Under the pieces are notes generated by a model. It made no database searches. It had not been told where the DNA came from and worked only from the letters and a program-made list of their open reading frames with translations. Of a stretch of DNA of 32,000 nt, positions 9,430 to 15,695 are shown one piece after another (the stretch's first letter is position 1; each line of letters begins with the position of its first letter). The position numbers and the translations under genes were made by a program. Origin of the DNA: an uncultured bacterium (GTDB lineage: Bacteria; Margulisbacteria; WOR-1; CAVSGV01); the NCBI GenBank assembly GCA_963699255.1, contig OY969425.1, positions 1,650,001 to 1,682,000 of the forward strand, given 5' to 3'.

Positions 9430-10854
9430 TTGTCTAGTGAACGAAAAATAATCATATTTGGTGCGGGAATAACAGGCTTGAGCGCAGGATGGAAGCTGGC
9501 GGAAGCCGGATTCAAGGTCAAAGTAGTCGAACAGAATGATTATCTTGGCGGAATGGCCTCCACATTCCGGTATGATGATTGTTACTTGGATTTCGGCCCG
9601 CATAAAATATTCACTGTTATGGACAATGTGATGAGGGAGATCAATGAATTGTTCAGGGACGAGCCTTTGCTGGCGGTCAAAAAGAAGAGCAGGATCAGAC
9701 TGAGAGGCAGGTACTTGAATTTCCCCCTTGGGATCAAGGATATTTTTCTTGGATTGGGCTTTTTGACAGGGCTCTGGTGCGGACTCGGATATGCCATGAG
9801 TATCGTTAGGAATTTCTTATTTAAACCCAATAATATTTCCTATGAAGATTGTGCTATAAATAGTTTTGGTAAGCCGATCTACAATCTTGTTCTCGGGCCT
9901 TATGCGAATAAGATATGGGGAGACCCGAAAACGCTGTCAAAAGAGCTGGCCGAATCAAGGATCGCGGCGCCGAATCTGATGGAAATGATCAAACAGATGC
10001 TCCTGGGCAAAAAAAAGAGATCCCCTGTTATTAACGCTGATATTTTTTATTACCCGCGAAAAGGCATAATCGATCTGAGCGCGAAAATGGCTGAAAAGAT
10101 CAGCGCCAATGGAGGGGAAGTGCGGCTCGGGAAAGGCATAAAAGAGATAAGTGTGAATACCTCCGGTCAAATTGATAAATTGTCATATAGCGACGGTTCT
10201 CAGGATAACCTGGGTCCGGACGACATGGTTATCAGTACAATACCTTTCACTATTCTGACCTCATTATTAAAGCGTCACCTGAGCGAGGCGGCTATCGACG
10301 CCGCTGGGAAATTAAAGGCCAGGAAACTGGTCCTCCTTTATCTTATTTTAAAACGGAACAGGCTTGGGGACGATAACTGGCTCTTTTTCCCCGAAAAACG
10401 TTATAAATTCAACCGCGTTTTCGAGCAAAAAGCGTTCAATGAGAGCATGGTTCCCGAAGGTAAAACGGTCATATGTCTAGAAATGACCTGCGACGACGGC
10501 GATGCGCTCTGGACCTCGGACGATCGCACAGTCTATTCCATGGTGTTGCCTCAGCTGCGCGAATCCGGATTGATCGGCGATGACGTGACCGGTTATTTTA
10601 CAAAAAGATTTGATTCCGGTTATCCTGTTTATGATATCGGATATAAAGAAAATTTAGACGTGGTAATGAGCTCTTTTGAAAGTCTGTTAAATCTATATTC
10701 TGTGGGAAGGCAGGGCGGATTCAGCTATACCGGCATGGCCGACTGCATGGATATCGGATTTTCCGTTGCTGATTTTATCGCTACAGGTAAAGACAAACAA
10801 GGTCAATGGAAAGATTACAGGAGCAAGTTTTACAACTATGTTGTTGTTGATTGA
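9430..10854 (+). CDS. FAD/NAD(P)-binding oxidoreductase of the amine-oxidase / Glf-like superfamily
   Basis: Dinucleotide-binding motif IIIFGAGITGLSAGWKLAEAGFKVKVVEQNDYLGGM. The C-terminal pattern YPVYDIGYKENLD...NLYSVGRQGGFSYTGMADCMD parallels the YPIND...GGRLGSYRYWDMD of the glf product in this window. TTG start 5 nt after the preceding stop. Confidence 0.75.
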   Translation: MSSERKIIIFGAGITGLSAGWKLAEAGFKVKVVEQNDYLGGMASTFRYDDCYLDFGPHKIFTVMDNVMREINELFRDEPLLAVKKKSRIRLRGRYLNFPLGIKDIFLGLGFLTGLWCGLGYAMSIVRNFLFKPNNISYEDCAINSFGKPIYNLVLGPYANKIWGDPKTLSKELAESRIAAPNLMEMIKQMLLGKKKRSPVINADIFYYPRKGIIDLSAKMAEKISANGGEVRLGKGIKEISVNTSGQIDKLSYSDGSQDNLGPDDMVISTIPFTILTSLLKRHLSEAAIDAAGKLKARKLVLLYLILKRNRLGDDNWLFFPEKRYKFNRVFEQKAFNESMVPEGKTVICLEMTCDDGDALWTSDDRTVYSMVLPQLRESGLIGDDVTGYFTKRFDSGYPVYDIGYKENLDVVMSSFESLLNLYSVGRQGGFSYTGMADCMDIGFSVADFIATGKDKQGQWKDYRSKFYNYVVVD

Positions 10855-10857
10855 AAT

Positions 10858-11556
10858 ATGACAAAAAGAACTTTAGCAATAATACCTGCATATAATGAGG
10901 CTTTGAATATTTCAAGGGTCGTTAGCGGTATAAAAAATGCGGCTCCAGATATTGATATATTGGTGGTCAATGACGCATCGAAGGACGACACCTCCCAAAA
11001 GGCGGTCAAAGCGGGAGCTATGGTCATAGATTTGCCCGTCAATTTGGGTATAGGTGGCGCGGTCCAGACAGGATATAAATATGCAAAAATGAACGATTAT
11101 GACATCGCAGTACAGATAGACGGTGACGGGCAACATGACATAAAGTATTTAAATGACCTGATAGGGCCGATCATGAGAGATCAGGCTGACATGGTGATAG
11201 GTTCAAGATTCATCAACAATGAAGGATTTCAATCTACTTTTTTCCGCCGGCTGGGGATCAAATATTTCGGGAAATTGATATCAATTCTGGGCAGATCGAA
11301 TTTTATTGATGTAACCTCCGGGTTTAGATCATGCAACAGGAGGATTATTTCCGAATTTTGCAGATATTATCCCGTCGACTATCCTGAGCCGGAATCTCTT
11401 TTTTCATTGAACAGAAAACGATACCGAATAATTGAAGTTCCGGTCGTCATGAATGAGAGGAGCGCAGGCGTTTCCTCGATCAATTCGCTGAAAAGTGCTT
11501 ATTATGCTATTAAAGTGACGCTGGCGATATTGATAGATATGTTCAAAAGAAATTAA
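10858..11556 (+). CDS. GT2 polyprenyl-phosphate glycosyltransferase (GtrB/CsbB/DPM1-like)
   Basis: 232 aa. AIIPAYNE, VVNDASKDDT, QIDGDGQHD (DxD region) and VIGSRF are the classic short GtrB-like GT2 layout. Confidence 0.85.
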   Translation: MTKRTLAIIPAYNEALNISRVVSGIKNAAPDIDILVVNDASKDDTSQKAVKAGAMVIDLPVNLGIGGAVQTGYKYAKMNDYDIAVQIDGDGQHDIKYLNDLIGPIMRDQADMVIGSRFINNEGFQSTFFRRLGIKYFGKLISILGRSNFIDVTSGFRSCNRRIISEFCRYYPVDYPEPESLFSLNRKRYRIIEVPVVMNERSAGVSSINSLKSAYYAIKVTLAILIDMFKRN

Positions 11557-11576
11557 GCAAAAGGAGGGTTTATAAT

Positions 11577-11948
11577 ATGGCTGAAGTCATCCCGGTCAAG
11601 CTGCAAATATTCCTGATCGTTATGAGTTGTATTATTACGGGGTATGTTTTTTATCTTGTCAGGAATGAGGTTATTGAATTAAAATATTCGATCATTTGGG
11701 TGATATGCGGACTTTTATCCATATTAATATCAGTATTTCCTCAGATCATTGTTTTTTGCGCCAGACTTCTTGGAATTGGACTTCCTTTCAATTTTATTTA
11801 TCTTTTCATATTCCTTTTTATTGTTATTACCCTATTGAACCTGACCGTTGCAGTATCCAAAACCGCGGTACGAACCTCAAAATTAGCTCAGGAGATTGGC
11901 ATGCTTAAGGCAGACCTGTCAAGAATTTACCGGAAAGACAAACTGTAA
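11577..11948 (+). CDS. DUF2304-like small membrane protein (partner of GtrB-like GT2)
   Basis: 123 aa with 3-4 TM helices and an amphipathic C-terminal tail (SKLAQEIGMLKADLSRIY). Strong SD AAGGAGGG upstream. The pattern LVRNEVIELKYSIIWV...FPQI...LLGIGLPFNFIYLF matches my recollection of DUF2304 proteins, which commonly follow GT2 genes. Confidence 0.65.
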   Translation: MAEVIPVKLQIFLIVMSCIITGYVFYLVRNEVIELKYSIIWVICGLLSILISVFPQIIVFCARLLGIGLPFNFIYLFIFLFIVITLLNLTVAVSKTAVRTSKLAQEIGMLKADLSRIYRKDKL

Positions 11949-12065
11949 TAATGTTAAAAGCTGTATTACTAAATGAATTCACTAAACCAAATTTCCATTC
12001 TTTTGCCGTTCTGTGAAAGGCAATGTATACTGACTGTAGTTTTTCAGCAAAAGAGAGGCTTAATT

Positions 12066-12134
12066 ATTATAAAAGATCTTGTCAGCACAATCATTCCCTG
12101 CTGGAACGGTCAAAGAATATTTATGATAAATTAA
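12066..12134 (+). pseudogene. Remnant of a GT2 5-prime end (duplicate of the start of the GT2 at 12802)
   Basis: 12069-12134 translates IKDLVSTIIPCWNGQRIFMIN*, versus TKSLVSIIIPCWNARDYIKK at 12811-12870. The DNA aligns over ~45 nt (attataaaagatcttgtcagcacaatcattccctgctggaacg vs attatactaaaagcttggtaagcataataatcccctgctggaacg). There is no ATG/GTG/TTG start and a stop follows after 21 codons. Confidence 0.45.
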
Positions 12135-12173
12135 ATAAAAGGGAAAAAAGGCTGACAAAAGGAGTGTGTTAAA

Positions 12174-12722
12174 ATGAATACAAAAAACAGACTAAATAAA
12201 GGATGTATAGCTTTTGTTATGTTTATGGCGTTAGTTTTATTATGCTCGGGTTGCGGCCACTTCAGAGAATATGATCTTGTTAAGAACTTTGAAAAAGCAA
12301 ATATCACAGGTCGTAGGCCGATGTCAGATAATGCCTGGGGCAAGACAGTTGCAAGGATAGAGATTAACGGCAAGGCATGCATTTTCTCTCATCCGGATTC
12401 AAGCCTGTCATATATGATAGCGCTACCTAAAGGAGAGAGCCTGGTTTTCAAATCTTCCGTTGGATACCACCCTGCTGCCAAAAATTGGGGTGTTAGTGAC
12501 GGGGTAAGGATGACGATTAAAATATCAGATGGCTCCGAATCAAAGATAATATTTGATAGGTATGTCATGCCGAAGGATAAATTGTTTAATATAGTGATCT
12601 CTTTAGATGACTATTCGGGTAAAAACATAACATTAAAGCTTTCTTCGATTAATGATCCGGGCAAGAACGCAAATGGGGATTGGGCTGTATGGTTTGAGCC
12701 GAGGATAATCCTGGGAGAATAA
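12174..12722 (+). CDS. Putative secreted protein / lipoprotein of unknown function
   Basis: SD AAGGAG 9 nt upstream of the ATG. N-terminal signal peptide KGCIAFVMFMALVLLCSGCGHF with a lipobox-like LLCSGC. The mature part appears beta-rich and ends GKNANGDWAVWFEPRIILGE. No family recognised. Confidence 0.55.
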   Translation: MNTKNRLNKGCIAFVMFMALVLLCSGCGHFREYDLVKNFEKANITGRRPMSDNAWGKTVARIEINGKACIFSHPDSSLSYMIALPKGESLVFKSSVGYHPAAKNWGVSDGVRMTIKISDGSESKIIFDRYVMPKDKLFNIVISLDDYSGKNITLKLSSINDPGKNANGDWAVWFEPRIILGE

Positions 12723-12801
12723 TCATTCTTATAATGTACGGGAATGTCCCATTGTTTTGCGTTTTTACTTATCGTTGGATAATTTATTAAGGTGGTTTAT
12801 A

Positions 12802-13086
12802 TTGAATTATACTAAAAGCTTGGTAAGCATAATAATCCCCTGCTGGAACGCGCGTGATTATATTAAGAAATGTTTCAACTCCGTGAAAGCGCAGAGCTAT
12901 GCGAGCATCGAGGTTATCGTTGTAGATAACGGCTCAACCGACGATTCAAAGAAATTGGTCCGCCGTTTTGCTAACGGCCTCAAGATTCTCCATTATCGAG
13001 AATCCGGTAAATTACGGCTTTGCCAGGGCGATGAACCAGGGCATTGCGGCTTCAAAAGGCGAATTCGTTTTCACCCTCAATCTTGA
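12802..13086 (+). CDS. GT2 glycosyltransferase, N-terminal segment (frame interrupted near 12985-12991)
   Basis: TTG 12802 lies 6 nt after AAGGTGG. LVSIIIPCWNARDYIKKCFNSVKAQSYASIEVIVVDNGSTDDSKKLV is a canonical GT2 N-terminus. After ..FANGLKI the frame yields non-homologous residues and stops at 13084-13086. Confidence 0.8.
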   Translation: MNYTKSLVSIIIPCWNARDYIKKCFNSVKAQSYASIEVIVVDNGSTDDSKKLVRRFANGLKILHYRESGKLRLCQGDEPGHCGFKRRIRFHPQS

Positions 13087-13945
13087 CGTCGAGCTTGAAC
13101 CCGATCATATCGAAAAGCTTGTAAAAGCATTTCAAGATCCTAACATCGGATCCGCCACAGGCAAGCTCTACAGGCCTCCGGAATACTTCAAAGGCAAAAA
13201 GATCATTGACACGACCGGCCATATTCTTCTGGCTAACAGGGGGATCAACAGCAGGGGAGAGCTTGAGGAAGATTTGGGCCAGTATGATGACAAAACGGAT
13301 ATCTTCGGCGTGTGCGCGGCGGCGGGGATGTACAGGCGAGAAATGCTGGATGACGTGAAGGTCGCGGGCGAATATTTCGATGAGGACTATTTCGCTTCGT
13401 TCGAGGATACCGACCTTGACTGGAGGGCGGTTCTGCGGGGATGGAAGAGCGTCTATGTGCCGTCCGCCGTCGGATATCACAAAAGAAAAGCATTTGACTG
13501 GAATTATACCGATGAGATGGTATCCAATTCCAAGCGGAACAAGTTCCTGACCGCGATCAAGAACGACTCTATTATCAATTATATCATCGATCTTCCTGTC
13601 ATCCTTTCGTATGAGATCGAGAATATACTTTACAAGCACTTTAAGAACTACCGTTTGTTTTTCCTGGGCTATTATAAGATGCTGAAGGGACTGCCTTCGG
13701 CGCTGAAAAAAAGAGCGCTCTTTATCGGCCGGAGCAAAATATCGCCGCTCTCCTTCAGGAAGCATATATTTTATGAAAAGGATGATATCTTGAAGATCCG
13801 CGATCTGATCGCCCTTGCGGCCCTCATCCTGTTCCTGACCTGGTTGATCGGAGGACGGAACACGTTCTTTCTGGCTTTATTCATCTTTCTTATCTTCAAT
13901 CCGGCGGTGTATTACATCAAAGGCAGGCCGGATACGGAGGACTAA
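12968..13945 (+). CDS. GT2 glycosyltransferase, C-terminal segment (+1 frame relative to 12802 segment)
   Basis: GT2 homology resumes in the +1 frame at (S)IIENPVNYGFARAMNQGIAASKGEFVFTLNLDVEL (DxD-like), then FEDTDLDWRAVLRGWKSVYVPSAVGYH, with a C-terminal TM segment. The TTG at 12968 is an ORF-finder start without an SD. Together with 12802-12987 it forms one ~380-aa GT2. Confidence 0.8.
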   Translation: MLTASRFSIIENPVNYGFARAMNQGIAASKGEFVFTLNLDVELEPDHIEKLVKAFQDPNIGSATGKLYRPPEYFKGKKIIDTTGHILLANRGINSRGELEEDLGQYDDKTDIFGVCAAAGMYRREMLDDVKVAGEYFDEDYFASFEDTDLDWRAVLRGWKSVYVPSAVGYHKRKAFDWNYTDEMVSNSKRNKFLTAIKNDSIINYIIDLPVILSYEIENILYKHFKNYRLFFLGYYKMLKGLPSALKKRALFIGRSKISPLSFRKHIFYEKDDILKIRDLIALAALILFLTWLIGGRNTFFLALFIFLIFNPAVYYIKGRPDTED

Positions 13946-13998
13946 TCCCCCCAACCCCCTTTATTAAAGGGGGTGCGAGCAAAGCGAGCGGGGGATTA
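13943..13998. terminator. Nested GC-rich hairpins between convergent genes (putative bidirectional terminator)
   Basis: Outer stem TAATCCCCC (13943-13951) pairs with GGGGGATTA (13990-13998). Inner hairpin ACCCCCT-ttattaa-AGGGGGT spans 13954-13974. A direct repeat GCGAGC-aaa-GCGAGC is also present. There is no clear U-tract on either strand, so intrinsic-terminator status is uncertain. Confidence 0.5.
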
Positions 13999-14007
13999 AA
14001 GATCTCA

Positions 14008-14724
14008 TTATTTGAGCCATTTTCCCCTGCACAGGACGTTCTTTACATATATATGGCTAATCTCCAGCATTTTACCCAGGGTTTCGGCATCGAACGGTTT
14101 AAGCGTTCTCAGGTGGATATCCTTGCAGTTCTCCGGCTCGAACTGCTGAAGGACGTATTTTTTCGCCCCCGCTATCAGTTTTGATATGCCTTCTATTTCC
14201 GCGATCCCGGTTATCGTGGGGGCCACGGTTGTCCTGAATTCGTAATCGACCTTGCCCGAGAGGAGGAATTGAACGCTTTCCTTTACGGCTTCCGTGTTCA
14301 CCTTCACGTTCGCGGCTTTGTTATAATCTTCAAGCGGGGCCTTTATGTCCATCGCGACAAAATCGAGCAGGCCATCCCTGACCAGTTCCTTGACATAAGC
14401 CGGGTCCGATCCGTTCGTATCAAGCTTCACAAGGAACCCTTTTTGTTTGACCTTTTTTATGAATTCCGTCAACCCGCGGTCCTTGTGGAGCGTGGGTTCG
14501 CCGCCGGTTATGCAGACCCCGTCGATGAAATCCTTGTGGCCCTGCAGGTAATCAAAGACCTTTTCTTCGGGAATGGTCCTGTATTTTTCGGGATGATCTA
14601 TCAGGCCGATGTTCTGGCAGTACGGACAGCGGAAGTTGCAGCCAGGCAGGAATATGACCGAGACGATCTTTCCGTCCCAATCCAGCAGGGAAGTCTCGAT
14701 GAATCCTTTTATCTCAAGGGTCAT
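14008..14724 (-). CDS. nrdG: Radical SAM activating enzyme, anaerobic ribonucleoside-triphosphate reductase activase-like (NrdG-type)
   Basis: GCNFRCPYCQN cluster motif near the N-terminus after SLLDWDGKI, then GVCITGGEPTL and VKLDTNGS. The ~238-aa size is typical of the longer NrdG family. The start overlaps the trx stop by 4 nt (ATGA). Confidence 0.75.
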   Translation of the reverse strand: MTLEIKGFIETSLLDWDGKIVSVIFLPGCNFRCPYCQNIGLIDHPEKYRTIPEEKVFDYLQGHKDFIDGVCITGGEPTLHKDRGLTEFIKKVKQKGFLVKLDTNGSDPAYVKELVRDGLLDFVAMDIKAPLEDYNKAANVKVNTEAVKESVQFLLSGKVDYEFRTTVAPTITGIAEIEGISKLIAGAKKYVLQQFEPENCKDIHLRTLKPFDAETLGKMLEISHIYVKNVLCRGKWLK

Positions 14725-15044
14725 AGGCGGGATTTGATCTTCTCCGAAAGGTTCCTCTGGGAAATGAATCCGACCAGCCGTTCCAGCTCTTTCCCGTCCT
14801 TGAAAAGGACCAGCGTGGGGATGCTCATAACGGCGAACTCTGCGGCTGTGCCCGGGTTTTCATCAATGTTAAGCTTGACGACTTTCACTCTGCCGACGTA
14901 TTCCGCCGCTACGGCGTCGATTATGGGAGACAATGTCCGGCAGGGCGCGCACCAGGATGCCCAGAAGTCCACAAGGACCAGGGACGGGTGCTGAAGGACT
15001 TCGACTTTAAAATCGGAATCTTTTACTTCCTGCGCTTTGCTCAT
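14721..15044 (-). CDS. trxA: Thioredoxin
   Basis: VLVDFWASWCAPCR active site (CAPC variant of CGPC), PTLVLFKDGK, 107 aa. The second ATG (15044) is preferred because the upstream ATGGAGGAT provides GGAGGA 7 nt before it. Confidence 0.9.
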   Translation of the reverse strand: MSKAQEVKDSDFKVEVLQHPSLVLVDFWASWCAPCRTLSPIIDAVAAEYVGRVKVVKLNIDENPGTAAEFAVMSIPTLVLFKDGKELERLVGFISQRNLSEKIKSRL

Positions 15045-15071
15045 TTTATTATCCTCCATTTAAGGGTTTTG

Positions 15072-15100
15072 ATTTTACAAGAGGAATAGTGTTAATACAA
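15072..15100 (-). promoter_or_regulatory. Sigma70-like promoter for trx-nrdG operon
   Basis: The minus strand reads TTGTAT (15100-15095), a 17-nt spacer, then TAAAAT (15077-15072), about 28 nt upstream of the trx ATG. It shares the 10-mer TTGTAAAATC with the promoter at 17957-17985. Confidence 0.5.
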
Positions 15101-15114
15101 GTGGAAGTTTTAAG

Positions 15115-15234
15115 AAGAGGAGCTAGGTGAGCTATAAGCGGAAGATGTGAAAACGTTAAGACGTTAAGACGTGAAAGAAGAGAATGCGTCTTAACCTCTC
15201 TTCCTCTAAACCCCTAGCTCTTCTAGCTCCTCTT
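15115..15234. repeat. ~120-nt imperfect palindrome with 12-bp perfect termini (AAGAGGAGCTAG / CTAGCTCCTCTT) and internal GTTAAGACG repeats
   Basis: The left arm 15115-15171 aligns to the reverse complement of 15186-15234 in blocks of 12, 6, 6 and 9 matching nt. GTTAAGACG occurs twice in tandem (15155-15171) and once inverted (CGTCTTAAC, 15187-15195). Confidence 0.6.
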
Positions 15235-15243
15235 TGCTATAAT
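15235..15243 (+). promoter_or_regulatory. Extended -10 promoter element (TGCTATAAT) upstream of rimI
   Basis: TGnTATAAT at 15235-15243. The -35 is poor. The GTG start of rimI lies only 12 nt downstream, implying a very short or absent leader. Confidence 0.4.
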
Positions 15244-15254
15244 CACCAGGTTTT

Positions 15255-15695
15255 GTGATAAGACCTGCAGCTGAGCCGGATATTCCCAGGATACTTGAGA
15301 TCGAAAGGTCCTCATACGCCGATCCCTGGGAAGAAAACCTGTTCACCGAAGTTTTGGGCGCGGGTGGAAAATATTTTTTTGTCGATGAGGGACAGAGCGG
15401 ATTGACCGGATACGTCGTTTTTGAACCGGTCCTTGATGAAGGGCATATCACGAACCTCGCGGTGGATAAAAAGCATCGGGGCAGGGGAATCGCGACCGGG
15501 CTTTTGAACAAAGTGCTGGACCTGGCGGAAGAATTGAATGTAAGATCGATATTCCTTGAAGTAAGGGGATCGAACGAGGCCGCCAGAAAACTTTATTCAA
15601 AGTTCGGATTCGAACAGATCGCGAAAAGGAAGGGCTATTATTCGGCCGCTAATGAAGACGCGCTGATATTGAGATTGGAAAGGGGAAAAAAATGA
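15255..15695 (+). CDS. rimI: GNAT N-acetyltransferase, ribosomal-protein-alanine acetyltransferase-like
   Basis: 146 aa. IRPAAEPDIPRILEIERSSYADPW N-terminus and acetyl-CoA motif HRGRGIATGLL, a typical RimI layout. GTG start. Confidence 0.8.
   Translation: MIRPAAEPDIPRILEIERSSYADPWEENLFTEVLGAGGKYFFVDEGQSGLTGYVVFEPVLDEGHITNLAVDKKHRGRGIATGLLNKVLDLAEELNVRSIFLEVRGSNEAARKLYSKFGFEQIAKRKGYYSAANEDALILRLERGKK

Noticed and set aside
12757-12801. Upstream extension of the GT2 ORF (MRFYLSLDNLLRWFI) and similar ORF-track N-terminal extensions at 1226, 4688, 8489, 15059 and 21024
   Set aside because: In each case an internal start is placed just downstream of a good SD (AAGGTGG, GAAGGGG, AGAAGGGGG, GGAGGA, AAGGGGGTG), except at 1226 where no SD was checked. 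Each such start also aligns with where family homology begins. The extensions are unconserved.
13052-14994. Long opposite-strand ORFs 13052-13765 (-) and 14269-14994 (+)
   Set aside because: The opposite strands encode a GT2 with clear motifs, and an NrdG-like activase plus thioredoxin (CNFRCPYCQN, WCAPC). The antisense translations are Arg/Pro-rich nonsense.
15150-15200. ACGTTAAG tandem copies considered as a mini CRISPR or tandem-repeat array
   Set aside because: There are only two direct 8-nt units plus one inverted copy, with no spacers and no cas genes. It is better described as the core of the palindromic element.
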